A stretch of 62,713 bases of DNA, the filler included. It is 6 parts of 6 records of this genome, joined end to end, with 100 filler letters (N's around TTAATTAATTAA, not from the genome) between each part and the next. Parts side by side here need not be neighbours in the genome. Positions count along the whole stretch, not along the records: positions 34,780 to 44,936 come from DRR723986_10334; positions 45,037 to 54,600 come from DRR723986_10346; 4 more parts are not named here. One strand, given 5' to 3'. Of this stretch, positions 41,966 to 52,370 are shown piece after piece (positions within the stretch are counted from its first letter, which is position 1; each line of letters starts with the position of its first letter). Made by a program: the position numbers and the translations under genes. The notes beneath the pieces were generated by a model. It saw nothing but the letters and a program-made list of their open reading frames with translations, was not told the origin of the DNA and made no database searches.

Positions 41966-42077
41966 TATTTTCGACTCCCATTCTTTGTGGAAGGCAAGCC
42001 CCCCTTTGGACTTAGGTCCAAAGCCCCGCTCGACTCGCGGGCCGGGGCGGGGTAGTGGCATGTGGGACACGAAAACC

Positions 42078-42770
42078 ATGAGCCAAACCGGAATGCGCGT
42101 CCTCGCCATCGATACAGCCCTTGCCAATTGCGCCGCCGCCGTTCTCGACGACGGTGTCGAAACCGCGTGTTTCGAGGCGTGCGGCGAGGAGATCGGCCGC
42201 GGCCATGCCGAGAAGCTGATGGACATGATCGGTGAGGTCATGGCCGAGTCGTCCACCACCTTTTCCGAGCTTGACCGCGTTGCCGTGACCATCGGACCCG
42301 GCAGCTTTACCGGCCTTCGCGTCGGACTGGCGGTTGCCCGCGGCTTTGGTCTCGTGCTCGGGAAGCCGGTTGTCGGCGTAACGACCCTGGCAGCCATTGC
42401 CCGTTCCGCCGTGCCGGGAGATGATGGCGGTCCCGTGCTGGTGGCGCTGACGGGAAAGGCAGACGAGGTCTACTGCCAGCTTTATCATGCGTCCGGCACC
42501 GCTGCCGATGAAGCCGGTGTCCGCACCATCGCAGATCTTGCGGCGAACCTGCCCAAGGACATAAGATTGGCAGGATCGGCATCGGAAAAAATCGCGATGG
42601 AGCTTGGGCTTCCGGAAAGCGCGATATTGTCCCGCAGCACTTTCCCGGGTATTCGGGATGTCGCGGAACTGGGGATCTCCGCCGATCCTTCGAGGTCATC
42701 CCCTTCGCCACTCTATTTGCGGCCGCCCGATGCGACGCCGCAAACGAAGGGAAGGATAGAACGGCAATGA
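42078..42770 (+). CDS. tsaB: tRNA threonylcarbamoyladenosine biosynthesis protein TsaB
   Basis: LAIDT, GHAE.L, GPGSFTGLRVG, PLYLR. Confidence 0.93.
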   Translation: MSQTGMRVLAIDTALANCAAAVLDDGVETACFEACGEEIGRGHAEKLMDMIGEVMAESSTTFSELDRVAVTIGPGSFTGLRVGLAVARGFGLVLGKPVVGVTTLAAIARSAVPGDDGGPVLVALTGKADEVYCQLYHASGTAADEAGVRTIADLAANLPKDIRLAGSASEKIAMELGLPESAILSRSTFPGIRDVAELGISADPSRSSPSPLYLRPPDATPQTKGRIERQ

Positions 42771-43255
42771 GCTTTTGGTGGTTCTGGACCCAGCCGCCGG
42801 TGATAGAAGAGGCGCTGGACGAGGATCTACCGAAGATTGCCGACATCCACGCGCTTTGTTTCAAGCACAAATGGAATACGGACGAGCTTGCGCGGATGAA
42901 AGCGCATGCGGGGACGATGTTTCTGGTGGCACGGCGGGCGAGCCCCTATGGCACGCGCGCACCGCTTGGTTTCCTGATCGTGCGCACCGTTGCCGACGAA
43001 GCCGAGGTCATCACCATTGCGGTTCACCCGCGCCAGCGCGGCCGTGGCATCGGCAAGAAGCTGATGGAAGCCGGCCTGTTTCGGCTCTACGGTGAACGTT
43101 GCAAACACCTTTTTCTGGAAGTGGACGCAGCCAACGAACCGGCTCTGCTGCTGTACCGGGCGCTCGGCTTCAAGGAAGTCGGCAGCCGCAAAGGCTATTA
43201 CAGCGACAGTGGAGGAGACGGCACCGCGCTTGTCATGCGCGTCGATCTTGGTTAA
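42767..43255 (+). CDS. rimI: Ribosomal protein S18 alanine N-acetyltransferase
   Basis: EAEVITIAV, RGRGIG, FLEV..N..A..LY, R.GYY; tsaB-rimI synteny. Confidence 0.88.
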   Translation: MSFWWFWTQPPVIEEALDEDLPKIADIHALCFKHKWNTDELARMKAHAGTMFLVARRASPYGTRAPLGFLIVRTVADEAEVITIAVHPRQRGRGIGKKLMEAGLFRLYGERCKHLFLEVDAANEPALLLYRALGFKEVGSRKGYYSDSGGDGTALVMRVDLG

Positions 43256-43309
43256 GCGCTGTAGCGGAAACGGATACGGTATCGGAAACAGACAGCGGAC
43301 GGCATCGCA

Positions 43310-43759
43310 ATGGCGGAAGAGCGGCAATCAACGCTAGCGGACTTGTGCATCGAAAAAGGTATGCGCATGACCGAACAGCGTCGCGTCATTGCCTCCGTCA
43401 TCGAAGCCGCGTCCGACGAGCACCCGGACGTCGAGGAACTCTACCGCCGCTCCGTGGCGATCGATCCCGGCATTTCCATTTCGACGGTCTATCGCACGGT
43501 GAAGCTGTTCGAGGACGCCGGCATGATCGAACGGCACGATTTTCGTGACGGTCGGTCGCGTTATGAAACCGTTCCGGACGAGCATCACGACCATCTGATC
43601 GATCTGCGCTCCGGCCAGGTCATCGAGTTCCGCAACGAGGAAATCGAGGCCTTGCAGGAATTCATCGCCAAGAAGCTGGGTTACCGTCTGGTCGATCACC
43701 GGCTGGAACTTTATGGCGTCCCGCTCGATTTCCCGAAGGATAATCAGGGCGATGGCTGA
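43310..43759 (+). CDS. fur: Fur family regulator (Fur/Mur)
   Basis: RMTEQR, HP.VEE, STVYRT, HHDHLID, HRLELYG. Confidence 0.9.
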   Translation: MAEERQSTLADLCIEKGMRMTEQRRVIASVIEAASDEHPDVEELYRRSVAIDPGISISTVYRTVKLFEDAGMIERHDFRDGRSRYETVPDEHHDHLIDLRSGQVIEFRNEEIEALQEFIAKKLGYRLVDHRLELYGVPLDFPKDNQGDG

Positions 43760-44618
43760 GCTCAAGGCCGGGGTTATAATCTTCCTTCTGACGCTGGTCT
43801 CGCTGGTGCTGATCCCGCTTCAGTGGCTGGCGGTGAAGCTCGGGCTGAAGATGCAGCGAAAACTGCCCCAGCTCTGGCACCGGATCGCCACCCGGCTTGT
43901 GGGTATCAAGATCGAGCAGATCGGGGCCCCGGCAGTGGACCGGCCGTTGCTGATCGCCTCCAACCACGCATCCTGGGTCGATATCACCGTAGTCGGCTCG
44001 CTGATGCCTCTCTCCTTCATCGCCAAGTCCGAGGTTTCAGGCTGGCCCATTTTCGGCCTGTTCGCCAAGCTTCAGCGCACGGTGTTCGTCAATCGCACCC
44101 GGCGCACGGAAACAGCCCAGGTTGCCGATGCCATCGCCGATCGCATGGCTGCCGGCGACGCGATGGTCCTGTTTGCCGAAGGTACCTCCAACGACGGCAA
44201 TTGCGTCCTGCCGTTTCGCTCGGCCCTACTGGGCGCCGCCACCCGTGCGGTCGGCGAGGACGAAACCTCGAAAGTCTGGGTGCAGCCGCTTTCGGTCGCC
44301 TATCAGGGTTTCTATGGCCTGCCGATGGGCCGGGCCCATCGGCCGCATGTCGCCTGGTATGGCGATATGGAACTCGCCGGCCATCTGTGGGGCATCTTTT
44401 CGCGCGGTGCACTCGACGTGGTGGTGCGCTGGGGCGAGCCGGTTCTGGTTGACCGGACAACGGACCGGAAAGCCCTGACCCGCCGTCTGGAAACGGAGGT
44501 TCGGGCCATGACGATAGCCTCGCTGCTGCAAAAGCCGGTCGACACCGAAGATTTCAGCGAAATCGAGACACTCGAGTTCTTCTCAAACGCGGAAAAAACC
44601 GCTAAAGCTGGCGCCTGA
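43752..44618 (+). CDS. Lysophospholipid acyltransferase, probably lyso-ornithine lipid acyltransferase OlsA
   Basis: NH.SW.D, FIAKSEV, LFAEGT; fur-acyltransferase-miaB synteny. Confidence 0.85.
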   Translation: MAELKAGVIIFLLTLVSLVLIPLQWLAVKLGLKMQRKLPQLWHRIATRLVGIKIEQIGAPAVDRPLLIASNHASWVDITVVGSLMPLSFIAKSEVSGWPIFGLFAKLQRTVFVNRTRRTETAQVADAIADRMAAGDAMVLFAEGTSNDGNCVLPFRSALLGAATRAVGEDETSKVWVQPLSVAYQGFYGLPMGRAHRPHVAWYGDMELAGHLWGIFSRGALDVVVRWGEPVLVDRTTDRKALTRRLETEVRAMTIASLLQKPVDTEDFSEIETLEFFSNAEKTAKAGA

Positions 44619-44792
44619 ATTTGCAAGGTGCCGTCCGCCGCCGGTCTCAGGCGCGGGTCCCGGGCATGAAGGACGGATCGATCCTGTGCCCGTGCCGGGT
44701 GAACTGCCCGATGAAGGTACCGACATTCACGACATCCGGCCGCCTGAAAAAGGCCAGCGTATCAAGGCCATGAGGAGCCCCACGAGGAGCGA

Positions 44793-44936
44793 ATGACAAG
44801 CCGCCCTGAACAAGACATGGAAACGAACGTCACCGCCGTTTCCGCCGCCGATATGACAGACACCCGCAAGGGCGGGAACACCCGCAAGGTGTTCGTGCGT
44901 ACCTATGGCTGCCAGATGAACGTCTACGACAGCGAG
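44793..44936 (+). CDS. miaB: tRNA methylthiotransferase MiaB (N-terminal fragment)
   Basis: TYGCQMNVYDSE. Confidence 0.9.
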
Positions 44937-45036
44937 NNNNNNNNNNNNNNNNNNNNNNNNNNNNNNNNNNNNNNNNNNNNTTAATTAATTAANNNNNNNN
45001 NNNNNNNNNNNNNNNNNNNNNNNNNNNNNNNNNNNN
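44937..45036. other. Artificial contig linker
   Basis: N44-TTAATTAATTAA-N44. Confidence 0.99.
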
Positions 45037-45162
45037 GCCCTGGCCGAGATCGGCGGTGAAGGTCACAACCTCGCAGCCATATTCTGTCTGCAACCATTTC
45101 AGGATGATCGAGGTATCGAGACCGCCGGAATAGGCGAGAACGACTTTCTTGGGCGCAGACAT
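45037..45162 (-). CDS. argG: Argininosuccinate synthase (N-terminal fragment; not in ORF track)
   Basis: Translation [42 protein letters not shown]. Confidence 0.95.
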
Positions 45163-45244
45163 GGGGTATCTCCGGGAATTCGATTGACCGGGGCGGCGAT
45201 ACCGGGTTTTCAGGGGGGAAGCAAGACAAGCGGAGTGAGAGCGT

Positions 45245-46024
45245 ATGGACTATGGGTATCGGATGCTGCGGCATGTCGTGGCGCAGGTTTTCGGAAATAT
45301 CGGGCAAGCGGCGCGGCTGACACTGGTGCCGACCTTCCTGCCAGCTGCCGTTCTGCTGGCACTGTTCATGAGCTGGGGCGTATCCTACACCGCCTTCAGC
45401 GACCCCACGGTTGACCCGACGCAGCTGCCCGATGTGAACCCCGGCGTGATTTTCCTGACCGTTCTGGGGGGCGTTGTCGTCAGCGTGATCACCTATTGCT
45501 GGGCCGCCGTCGGATGGCACCGTTTCGTGCTGCTGGCAGAATTCGGGCGCGGCGTGGTGCCCAACTGGCACGGGCCCTACATCATGTCCTATCTGGGCCG
45601 TGCCTTCCTGATCGGGTTGTTCGCCGTCGCGGTCAGCATCGCGGCCATGATCGTGATCGGCATTCTGCTCAGCATCTTCCCGTCCAATGCCGTGGCCTTC
45701 ATTCTGCTGACCGGCTTCACGCTTGGTCTGACCTGGCTGATCACCCGCGTCGGGTTGATCCTGCCGGCCGCCGCGCTTGGGCAGAAGATGACCTTCCGCG
45801 AAAGCTGGGAGGCGAGCAAACCCGTCGCCAGCCATCTGCTGGTGCCGCTGTTCTTCATCGCGCTGGCCATGACCCTTGCGAACCAGTTGGTTGCTGTCGT
45901 CTTCGGGGAAAGTGCCCTTGGAATCATCCCGCTGGCGTTCCTTTACTGGATTCAGGTGCTGTTGAACCTGTCGCTGCTGACCACCCTTTATGGCACCCAG
46001 ATCGAGGGCCGCCCGCTGAACTGA
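45245..46024 (+). CDS. Hypothetical multi-pass membrane protein
   Basis: About six hydrophobic segments; [11 protein letters not shown] and LPAAA motifs. Confidence 0.75.
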
Positions 46025-46042
46025 CCCGAAAAGGCCCGCGAG

Positions 46043-47290
46043 ATGACTGATTTTGCAGCCAAGGCCCGCGCGGCCACCACAGCGATGCGCGCGCTTTTCC
46101 CGGCCACGCCGCTGTTGCGCAACGCCTTCCTGTCGGACCGCTACGGTGCCGATATCTGGCTGAAGCGTGAAGACCTGTCGCCGGTGCGCAGCTACAAGAT
46201 TCGCGGTGCCTTCAACGCGATGACCAAGCGGCTGGCGGAAGATCCTGACCGCACGCTGTTCGTCTGCGCCAGCGCCGGAAATCACGCGCAGGGGGTGGCA
46301 TTTGTCTGCCGTCATTTCGGGGTGCGGGGCGAGATTTTCATGCCCGTCACCACGCCTCAGCAGAAGATCGACAAGACCCGCGCTTTCGGTGGCGACTCGG
46401 TCGAGATAAAGTTGGTGGGCGATTATTTCGACGAAACGCTGGCCGCCGCGCAAGATTTCTGCGCTGAAACCGGTGGTGTGTTCCTGTCGCCCTTTGACGA
46501 TCCCGACGTGATGGAGGGACAGGCCTCGGTCGCTGTGGAATTGCTGGAACAACTGGGCGACGCACCGGACAGGCTGATTTTGCCCGTGGGCGGCGGCGGG
46601 CTGTCGTCCGGTGTGCTGTCCTACTTGCGGGCAGTGCGGGCGGGGACGCGGGTCAAGCTGGTGGAACCGCTTGGTGGGGCCAGCCTGGCGGCCGCGCTGA
46701 AGGCGGGCGAACCCGTGACCCTGCCCGCGGTCAACAACTTCGTCGACGGGGCCGCCGTGGCGCGCATCGGCGCGGCCCCATTCGCGGTGCTGTCCACGAC
46801 CGATCCGGGCGATGTGCTGGCAGCCCCCGAGAACCGGATTTGCGTGACGATCTCAGAGATGCTGAATGTCGAAGGGATCGTGCTGGAACCGGCGGGCGCA
46901 CTGGCCATCGACGCTCTGAAAGATCTGGGCGCGGCCTTGCGCGGGCAGACGGTGGTCTGCGTCACCTCGGGCGGGAATTTCGATTTCGAGCGGCTGCCGG
47001 AGGTCAAGGAACGCGCCATGCGGTTCCGGGGGGTGAAGAAGTATTTCATCCTGCGGATGCCACAGCGCCCCGGCGCGCTGAAGGATTTCCTGGGTCTGCT
47101 TGGCCCCGGTGACGACATTGCGCGGTTCGAATACCTAAAGAAATCGGCGCGTAACTTCGGGTCCGTGCTGATCGGGATCGAAACACGGGATGCGGCGGAT
47201 TTCGACGGGCTCTTCGCGCGCATGGAGGCGCGCGGCTTCGCCTATCGCGACATTACCGAGGACGAGGTTCTGTCAGAATTCCTGATCTAG
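46043..47290 (+). CDS. ilvA: Threonine ammonia-lyase IlvA (short form)
   Basis: KREDL.PVRSYKIRGA, ASAGNHAQG, VGGGGL, EPAGAL, SGGN, PQRPGAL. Confidence 0.95.
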   Translation: MTDFAAKARAATTAMRALFPATPLLRNAFLSDRYGADIWLKREDLSPVRSYKIRGAFNAMTKRLAEDPDRTLFVCASAGNHAQGVAFVCRHFGVRGEIFMPVTTPQQKIDKTRAFGGDSVEIKLVGDYFDETLAAAQDFCAETGGVFLSPFDDPDVMEGQASVAVELLEQLGDAPDRLILPVGGGGLSSGVLSYLRAVRAGTRVKLVEPLGGASLAAALKAGEPVTLPAVNNFVDGAAVARIGAAPFAVLSTTDPGDVLAAPENRICVTISEMLNVEGIVLEPAGALAIDALKDLGAALRGQTVVCVTSGGNFDFERLPEVKERAMRFRGVKKYFILRMPQRPGALKDFLGLLGPGDDIARFEYLKKSARNFGSVLIGIETRDAADFDGLFARMEARGFAYRDITEDEVLSEFLI

Positions 47291-47607
47291 GCCGCTGCCG
47301 CAGGCTGGCTTACCCTGAATGCCTTCACCGATTCGCCATAAAGCCAGTTGAGGTGAGCCGTATCCACGGCTTTGCCCTGTGCAGCCCGTTTTTCAGCGTC
47401 TGCACAGGCGGACGCAAAATCGGCAAAGCCGAGATTCAGCGCGCTGCCCCGCAATCCGTGAAACGCATCCGCACCGGCATTGTCTGGCGCATCACTCAGC
47501 GCAGTCAGCGCTTCGGCCATTTCATCAAGGAACATCTCTGCCACTTCGGCAAAATCGTCCTCCCCGATTTCCTGCCGCAATTCCTGAACTCTGTCTCGGT
47601 CAATCAC
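47287..47607 (-). CDS. Stand-alone Hpt domain protein
   Basis: EIG..DF, FHGLRGSALNLG with the phospho-His. Confidence 0.88.
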   Translation of the reverse strand: MIDRDRVQELRQEIGEDDFAEVAEMFLDEMAEALTALSDAPDNAGADAFHGLRGSALNLGFADFASACADAEKRAAQGKAVDTAHLNWLYGESVKAFRVSQPAAAA

Positions 47608-47762
47608 CTCTGCCTCCGGATCTTTGCGCCCCGCAGCGGACTCTACGCTCAGGTCATTAACGAGAGATTAGGACACCGACCTCGATAGACAGCATTTTAG
47701 GCTTCACCTCGCCTTAACCCGATGCTGCCACGAAGGGACAGTTTCATGATGAGAGGTGGCAG

Positions 47763-49034
47763 GTGCCCGATGACGCAAGACTGATGGCCGGTCGAAACGG
47801 ACAGATGCCAGGAATGTCGGGTCTGTCCCATGTTCTGGTGCTGGAAAACAGCCCGGCACAACGCCGGCTGCTGGCGACCTTGCTGCGCAAATGGGGGCAC
47901 GACGTGACGGTTTGCGAACGCCCGGACCAGGCTCTCGACATCCTGTCGCGAACCGATATTCCGATTGTCCTGACAGATTGGATGATGCCGGGCATGTCCG
48001 GCCCGGATTTCTGCCGCGCCTTCCGGCGGATGGATCGGGAAAGCTACGGTTATGTCATTCTGCTGACCTCGAAATCCGAAAAATCGGAAATCGTGCTGGG
48101 GCTGGAGGCAGGGGCAGATGATTTCGTTTCCAAACCCGTCAACCCGCATGAATTGCGCGCCCGGATCAAGGCCGGGGAACGGATCGTTGCCATGCAGGGT
48201 GAACTGGTCAGCCAGAATCGCAAGATCCGCACAACGCTGGCCGAACTTCGCGTGGTCTATGATGCGCTGGACCGCGATTTGCTGGAAGCCAAGCGGTTGC
48301 AGGAATCGCTGGTGCGGGAAACCTTTCGAGCGGTGCACAACGGATCGGTCGCCCTGCTGCTGCGATCCAGCGGTCATGTGGGCGGCGATCTGGTCGGGTT
48401 CTTCCCCATTCCCGGCAATCGCGTCGGTATCTTCTCGCTGGATGTATCGGGCCACGGCGTCACCTCGGCGCTGCTGGCCGCGCGTATGGCCGGGTTGCTT
48501 GGCACCGCCGCACCGGAACAGAATGTCGCCCTGGTGCAGGCCAAGGGCGGCGATTGGGTTGCCCTGCCACCCGATGATGTTGCCCGCAAGCTGAACCAGA
48601 TGATGTTCGAGGAGGTGGAGACCGACCTGTATTTCACCATCTGCCTCGCTGATGTGGATCTTGAAACCGGCAGGACGCGCATGGTGCAGGCCGGTCATCC
48701 ACACCCCGCGATCCTGCGCGCTGACGGTCGGGTCGATTGGGTGGGCGAAGGCGGAATGCCAATCGGCCTGCTACCCGGCGCACGCTTTGAAACGGTGGAC
48801 TTTCAGCTGAACCCCGGTGACCGTCTGCTGCTGCATTCCGACGGGTTTACCGAATGCTCCTGCCCGTCCGGTGGTTATCTGGGCGAGGAGGGGCTGGCCG
48901 AATTGCTGATCCGCAATCACGCGATCACGCCTGCGGGTTTTCTACCCAAACTGGCCGAAGATCTTCAGGCATATTCGAACCGCGATGACTTCGACGATGA
49001 CGTGTCCGCGATCTGCCTGACCTTCACGCCCTAA
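47763..49034 (+). CDS. Response regulator receiver fused to PP2C/SpoIIE phosphatase
   Basis: LTDWMMP, GADDF.SKP; GGD, DVSGHG, AGHP, SDG, DDVS; start uncertain. Confidence 0.92.
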   Translation: MPDDARLMAGRNGQMPGMSGLSHVLVLENSPAQRRLLATLLRKWGHDVTVCERPDQALDILSRTDIPIVLTDWMMPGMSGPDFCRAFRRMDRESYGYVILLTSKSEKSEIVLGLEAGADDFVSKPVNPHELRARIKAGERIVAMQGELVSQNRKIRTTLAELRVVYDALDRDLLEAKRLQESLVRETFRAVHNGSVALLLRSSGHVGGDLVGFFPIPGNRVGIFSLDVSGHGVTSALLAARMAGLLGTAAPEQNVALVQAKGGDWVALPPDDVARKLNQMMFEEVETDLYFTICLADVDLETGRTRMVQAGHPHPAILRADGRVDWVGEGGMPIGLLPGARFETVDFQLNPGDRLLLHSDGFTECSCPSGGYLGEEGLAELLIRNHAITPAGFLPKLAEDLQAYSNRDDFDDDVSAICLTFTP

Positions 49035-49473
49035 GGGCCGCGCGCACCTGTGATACGAAAAACCGGTCACCATCGACGCCCAACATCGTTTCTGCCTCGT
49101 CCCATGGCAGAAAGACCGGGGTGTGATGCGGCTCGGTCGGGTCCGCCAGGCGCGGGCCAAGCCGCGCCACGTAGATCGTGCACAGCTTCTGCGCCCAGAT
49201 GTCGTAGTCGGGCATGTAGGTAAAGCGATGGAACATCCCCAATCGGCGCGGCGACTGGATGCGATAGCCTGTTTCCTCGAACACCTCCCGATGCAACGCC
49301 GCCAGTGGCGACTCGCCGGGGTCGATGCCACCGCCGGGCAGTTGCAGTTCCGCCAGCGGCTTTTCCTGAAACGTCGCCAGAATTCCGTCACCCGACAGGA
49401 TCACCGCATAGACCCCGCGCCGGGGAACGTAGCGGCGGGCGGGGTCCGGTTGCTGGCCAAAACGTCGGTTCAT
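49024..49473 (-). CDS. NUDIX hydrolase
   Basis: LPGGGID.GES...ALHREVFEETG Nudix box. Confidence 0.92.
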   Translation of the reverse strand: MNRRFGQQPDPARRYVPRRGVYAVILSGDGILATFQEKPLAELQLPGGGIDPGESPLAALHREVFEETGYRIQSPRRLGMFHRFTYMPDYDIWAQKLCTIYVARLGPRLADPTEPHHTPVFLPWDEAETMLGVDGDRFFVSQVRAALRA

Positions 49474-49576
49474 GAAGACCCCTCCGGGGATACCAATGGC
49501 GGCTTATGGGTTGGCAAGGCGGTTGTTCCGCATATATGGGCGCGGTATGCCAGCCTACGTGGCGGAAGGAAAGACG

Positions 49577-50581
49577 ATGACCCTCAGCACCAAGATCGCA
49601 TGGGACGACACCGTCCTGCCGTTTCAGCTCGACCGTTGTGACATCCGCGGCCGGGTCGCAAGGCTTGACGGCGCGATGGACCAGATCCTGTCGCAACACA
49701 ACTACCCGCGCGGGATAGAGGCGATGCTGGCCGAGATGGCGCTGCTGACGGCGCTGATCGGGCAAACCATCAAGCTGCGCTGGAAACTGTCCCTGCAAGT
49801 GCGCGGCGATGGCCCCTTGCGGATTCTGGCAACCGACATCTACGCCCCCGCGAAAGAGGGCGAGAAGGCCCGGATTCGCGCCTATGCCAGCTATGACAAG
49901 GACACCTATGCCGAGGGCACAGACCCGTTCGCGCAGATCGGCAAGGGGTACTTCGCGATCCTGATCGACCAGGGCAAGGGAAACACCCCTTATCAGGGCA
50001 TCACGCCGGTTGCCGGAGGCTCGCTTTCCGCCTGTGCCGAGGCGTATTTCGCCCAGTCAGAACAACTGCCCACCCGTTTCGCGCTGTCCTATGGCCACAG
50101 CACGGAACCGGGCGGCCAAAGCGGCTGGCGTGCGGGTGGCGTGATGCTGCAACACATGCCCAAGGCCAGCCCCCATGTGACGGGAGAAGGCGGCTCGGGC
50201 GAGTCTGGGCTGTTGTCGGCCTCCGACCTGCTGGACGATGATGATGGCGAGAACTGGAACCGCGCCAACATCCTTCTGGATACGGTCGAGGAACTGGAAC
50301 TCGTGGGTCCGTCCGTGTCACCCACCGATCTGCTGCTGCGCCTTTTTCATGAGGAAGCGCCGCGGGTGTTCGACGCAATGCCCGTGACTTTCGGCTGTAC
50401 CTGTTCCGAAACCCGCGTCCGCGAAAGCCTGTCGATCTACTCGGCCAAGGACATCGCGCATATGACCAAGGAAAACGGCCGCGTCACCGCCGATTGCCAG
50501 TTCTGCGGCGCGCATTACGATCTGGACCCGCTGTCTCTCGGGTTCGAGGCCGTGAAGGCCCCGGATGGCTCCGATATCTGA
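49577..50581 (+). CDS. hslO: Hsp33 redox-regulated chaperone
   Basis: YQGI, YF.QSEQLP, CTCS and CQFC zinc centre. Confidence 0.94.
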   Translation: MTLSTKIAWDDTVLPFQLDRCDIRGRVARLDGAMDQILSQHNYPRGIEAMLAEMALLTALIGQTIKLRWKLSLQVRGDGPLRILATDIYAPAKEGEKARIRAYASYDKDTYAEGTDPFAQIGKGYFAILIDQGKGNTPYQGITPVAGGSLSACAEAYFAQSEQLPTRFALSYGHSTEPGGQSGWRAGGVMLQHMPKASPHVTGEGGSGESGLLSASDLLDDDDGENWNRANILLDTVEELELVGPSVSPTDLLLRLFHEEAPRVFDAMPVTFGCTCSETRVRESLSIYSAKDIAHMTKENGRVTADCQFCGAHYDLDPLSLGFEAVKAPDGSDI

Positions 50582-51167
50582 CCTGGACCGCATAAGTCGG
50601 GCGTTGGCCGGGGTTACCCAGGCCTCGTCGGATTATGACCTGAATCCGGGCATCGTTCTGCCCGAAGGGCGCAAGCTGAAACCGGCCGCCGTTCTGATGC
50701 CGATCATCGAAGCAGAGGGCGGCGCGCGGGTGATCCTGACCAAGCGCTCGGCGCGGTTGAAGCATCACCCGGGGCAGGTTGCCTTCCCCGGCGGTCGCAT
50801 TGACGACACCGACGCCAGTGCCGCCGCCGCCGCCCTGCGCGAAAGCCACGAGGAAATCGGCCTGCTGCCCGAGAATGTCGAGATCTTCGGCCAGCTTTCC
50901 CCGCATGAAACCGTGACCAGCTATACCGTCATTCCCTTCGTGGGTCGCATCCGAGCGCCGTTTACCCCGGTGCCGGAGGCGGGAGAGGTGGCCGAAGTCT
51001 TTTCGGTGCCGCTGACCTTCCTGATGAACCCTTCTAGCTACCGGATCGAACGCCGCCGTTGGCGCGGGGACTGGCGATCGTACTACGTGGCCCCCTACGG
51101 CCCGTATTACATCTGGGGTGCGACCGCGCGGATGCTGAAGGGGCTGGCGGATCGGGTGGCGTCATGA
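50565..51167 (+). CDS. CoA pyrophosphatase (NudL-like Nudix)
   Basis: AAVL, LTKRS..L..H.GQVAFPGG, ALRE..EEIG, IWGATA. Confidence 0.92.
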   Translation: MAPISDLDRISRALAGVTQASSDYDLNPGIVLPEGRKLKPAAVLMPIIEAEGGARVILTKRSARLKHHPGQVAFPGGRIDDTDASAAAAALRESHEEIGLLPENVEIFGQLSPHETVTSYTVIPFVGRIRAPFTPVPEAGEVAEVFSVPLTFLMNPSSYRIERRRWRGDWRSYYVAPYGPYYIWGATARMLKGLADRVAS

Positions 51168-52318
51168 TCCTCGATACCGACTGGCTGCATCACCCCGGTA
51201 CACAGGCATTGTGTCAGGCGCTGGAGGCGGAAGGCTTTCACGCGCTGTTTGTGGGTGGCTGCGTCAGGAACGGCCTGCTTGGGCTGCCCTCGGACGATAT
51301 CGACATTTCCACCGACGCGCGCCCCGAACGGGTGATGCAGATCGCGCAGGCCGCCGGGTTGAAGGCGGTTCCGACCGGCATCGACCACGGCACAGTGACC
51401 GTCGTCGCGGATGGCCTGCCGCATGAGGTCACCACCTTCCGCCGCGATGTGGAAACCGATGGCCGCCGCGCGGTCATCGCCTTTGCCGACGAGGTGGAGG
51501 AAGACGCGATGCGGCGCGATTTCACCATGAACGCGCTTTATGCCGATGCGGGCGGGCGGGTGATAGACCCTCTGGGCAGCGGCGTTGCCGACCTGCGGGC
51601 CCGGCGTCTCAGGTTCATCGGCGACCCCCATGACCGTATCCGCGAAGACTATCTGCGCATACTGCGCTTTTTCCGTTTCCATGCCCATTACGGTGATCAG
51701 TCCGGGGGTCTGGACGCCGATGGGCTCGCCGCCTGCGCCGAAATGGCGGACGGCATCGACCGGTTGTCGCGCGAACGGATCGGGCACGAGATGCGCAAAC
51801 TGCTGCGCGCAGCCGATCCCGCGCCGTCCGTCGCTGCCATGGCGCAAGCCGGTGTCCTGCGCCATGCGCTGCCGGGGGCCGATGCCAAGGCGCTGCCGAT
51901 CCTCGTCCATGCCGAGTCCGATTTGGGCGTAGCGCCCGACCACTGCCGCCGACTGGCCGCGCTTGGCGGGGACACCCCCGGCGACGCGCTGCGCCTGGCC
52001 AAGTCCGACGCCCGCCGGGTCGCGCTGCTGAGTGACGCTGTCGGGTCGATGATGGGTGCGGGCGAATTGGGATACCGCGAAGGGTTCGACACCGCCCGCG
52101 ATGTGCTGCTCTTGCGCGTGGCGCTGCTGGAAACGCCATTGGCGCAGGCCGAACTGGACGCTTCAAAGGCTGCCGACGGTCTGCAACTGCCCGTGAAACC
52201 CGCCGACCTGATGCAGATCGGCCTGCAAGGCCCCGCATTGGGCGACCGGCTGCGAGAGATTGAGGCGCGCTGGATCGCGTCTGGCTTTACCCTCACCCGC
52301 GCCGAGCTCCTGCCTTGA
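51164..52318 (+). CDS. cca: CCA tRNA nucleotidyltransferase
   Basis: FVGGCVR, DID, EVTTFR, RRDFTMNA, EDYLRILR. Confidence 0.93.
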   Translation: MILDTDWLHHPGTQALCQALEAEGFHALFVGGCVRNGLLGLPSDDIDISTDARPERVMQIAQAAGLKAVPTGIDHGTVTVVADGLPHEVTTFRRDVETDGRRAVIAFADEVEEDAMRRDFTMNALYADAGGRVIDPLGSGVADLRARRLRFIGDPHDRIREDYLRILRFFRFHAHYGDQSGGLDADGLAACAEMADGIDRLSRERIGHEMRKLLRAADPAPSVAAMAQAGVLRHALPGADAKALPILVHAESDLGVAPDHCRRLAALGGDTPGDALRLAKSDARRVALLSDAVGSMMGAGELGYREGFDTARDVLLLRVALLETPLAQAELDASKAADGLQLPVKPADLMQIGLQGPALGDRLREIEARWIASGFTLTRAELLP

Positions 52319-52370
52319 CAGCCCACCCGCGCTGACGTTCTGTCTGCCGACCGTAAACAGGACCAAACCC

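Noticed and set aside
44981-46552. 523-aa minus-strand ORF
   Set aside because: Antisense to ilvA and the membrane protein gene, and crosses the linker; the real minus-strand gene here is the argG fragment in another frame
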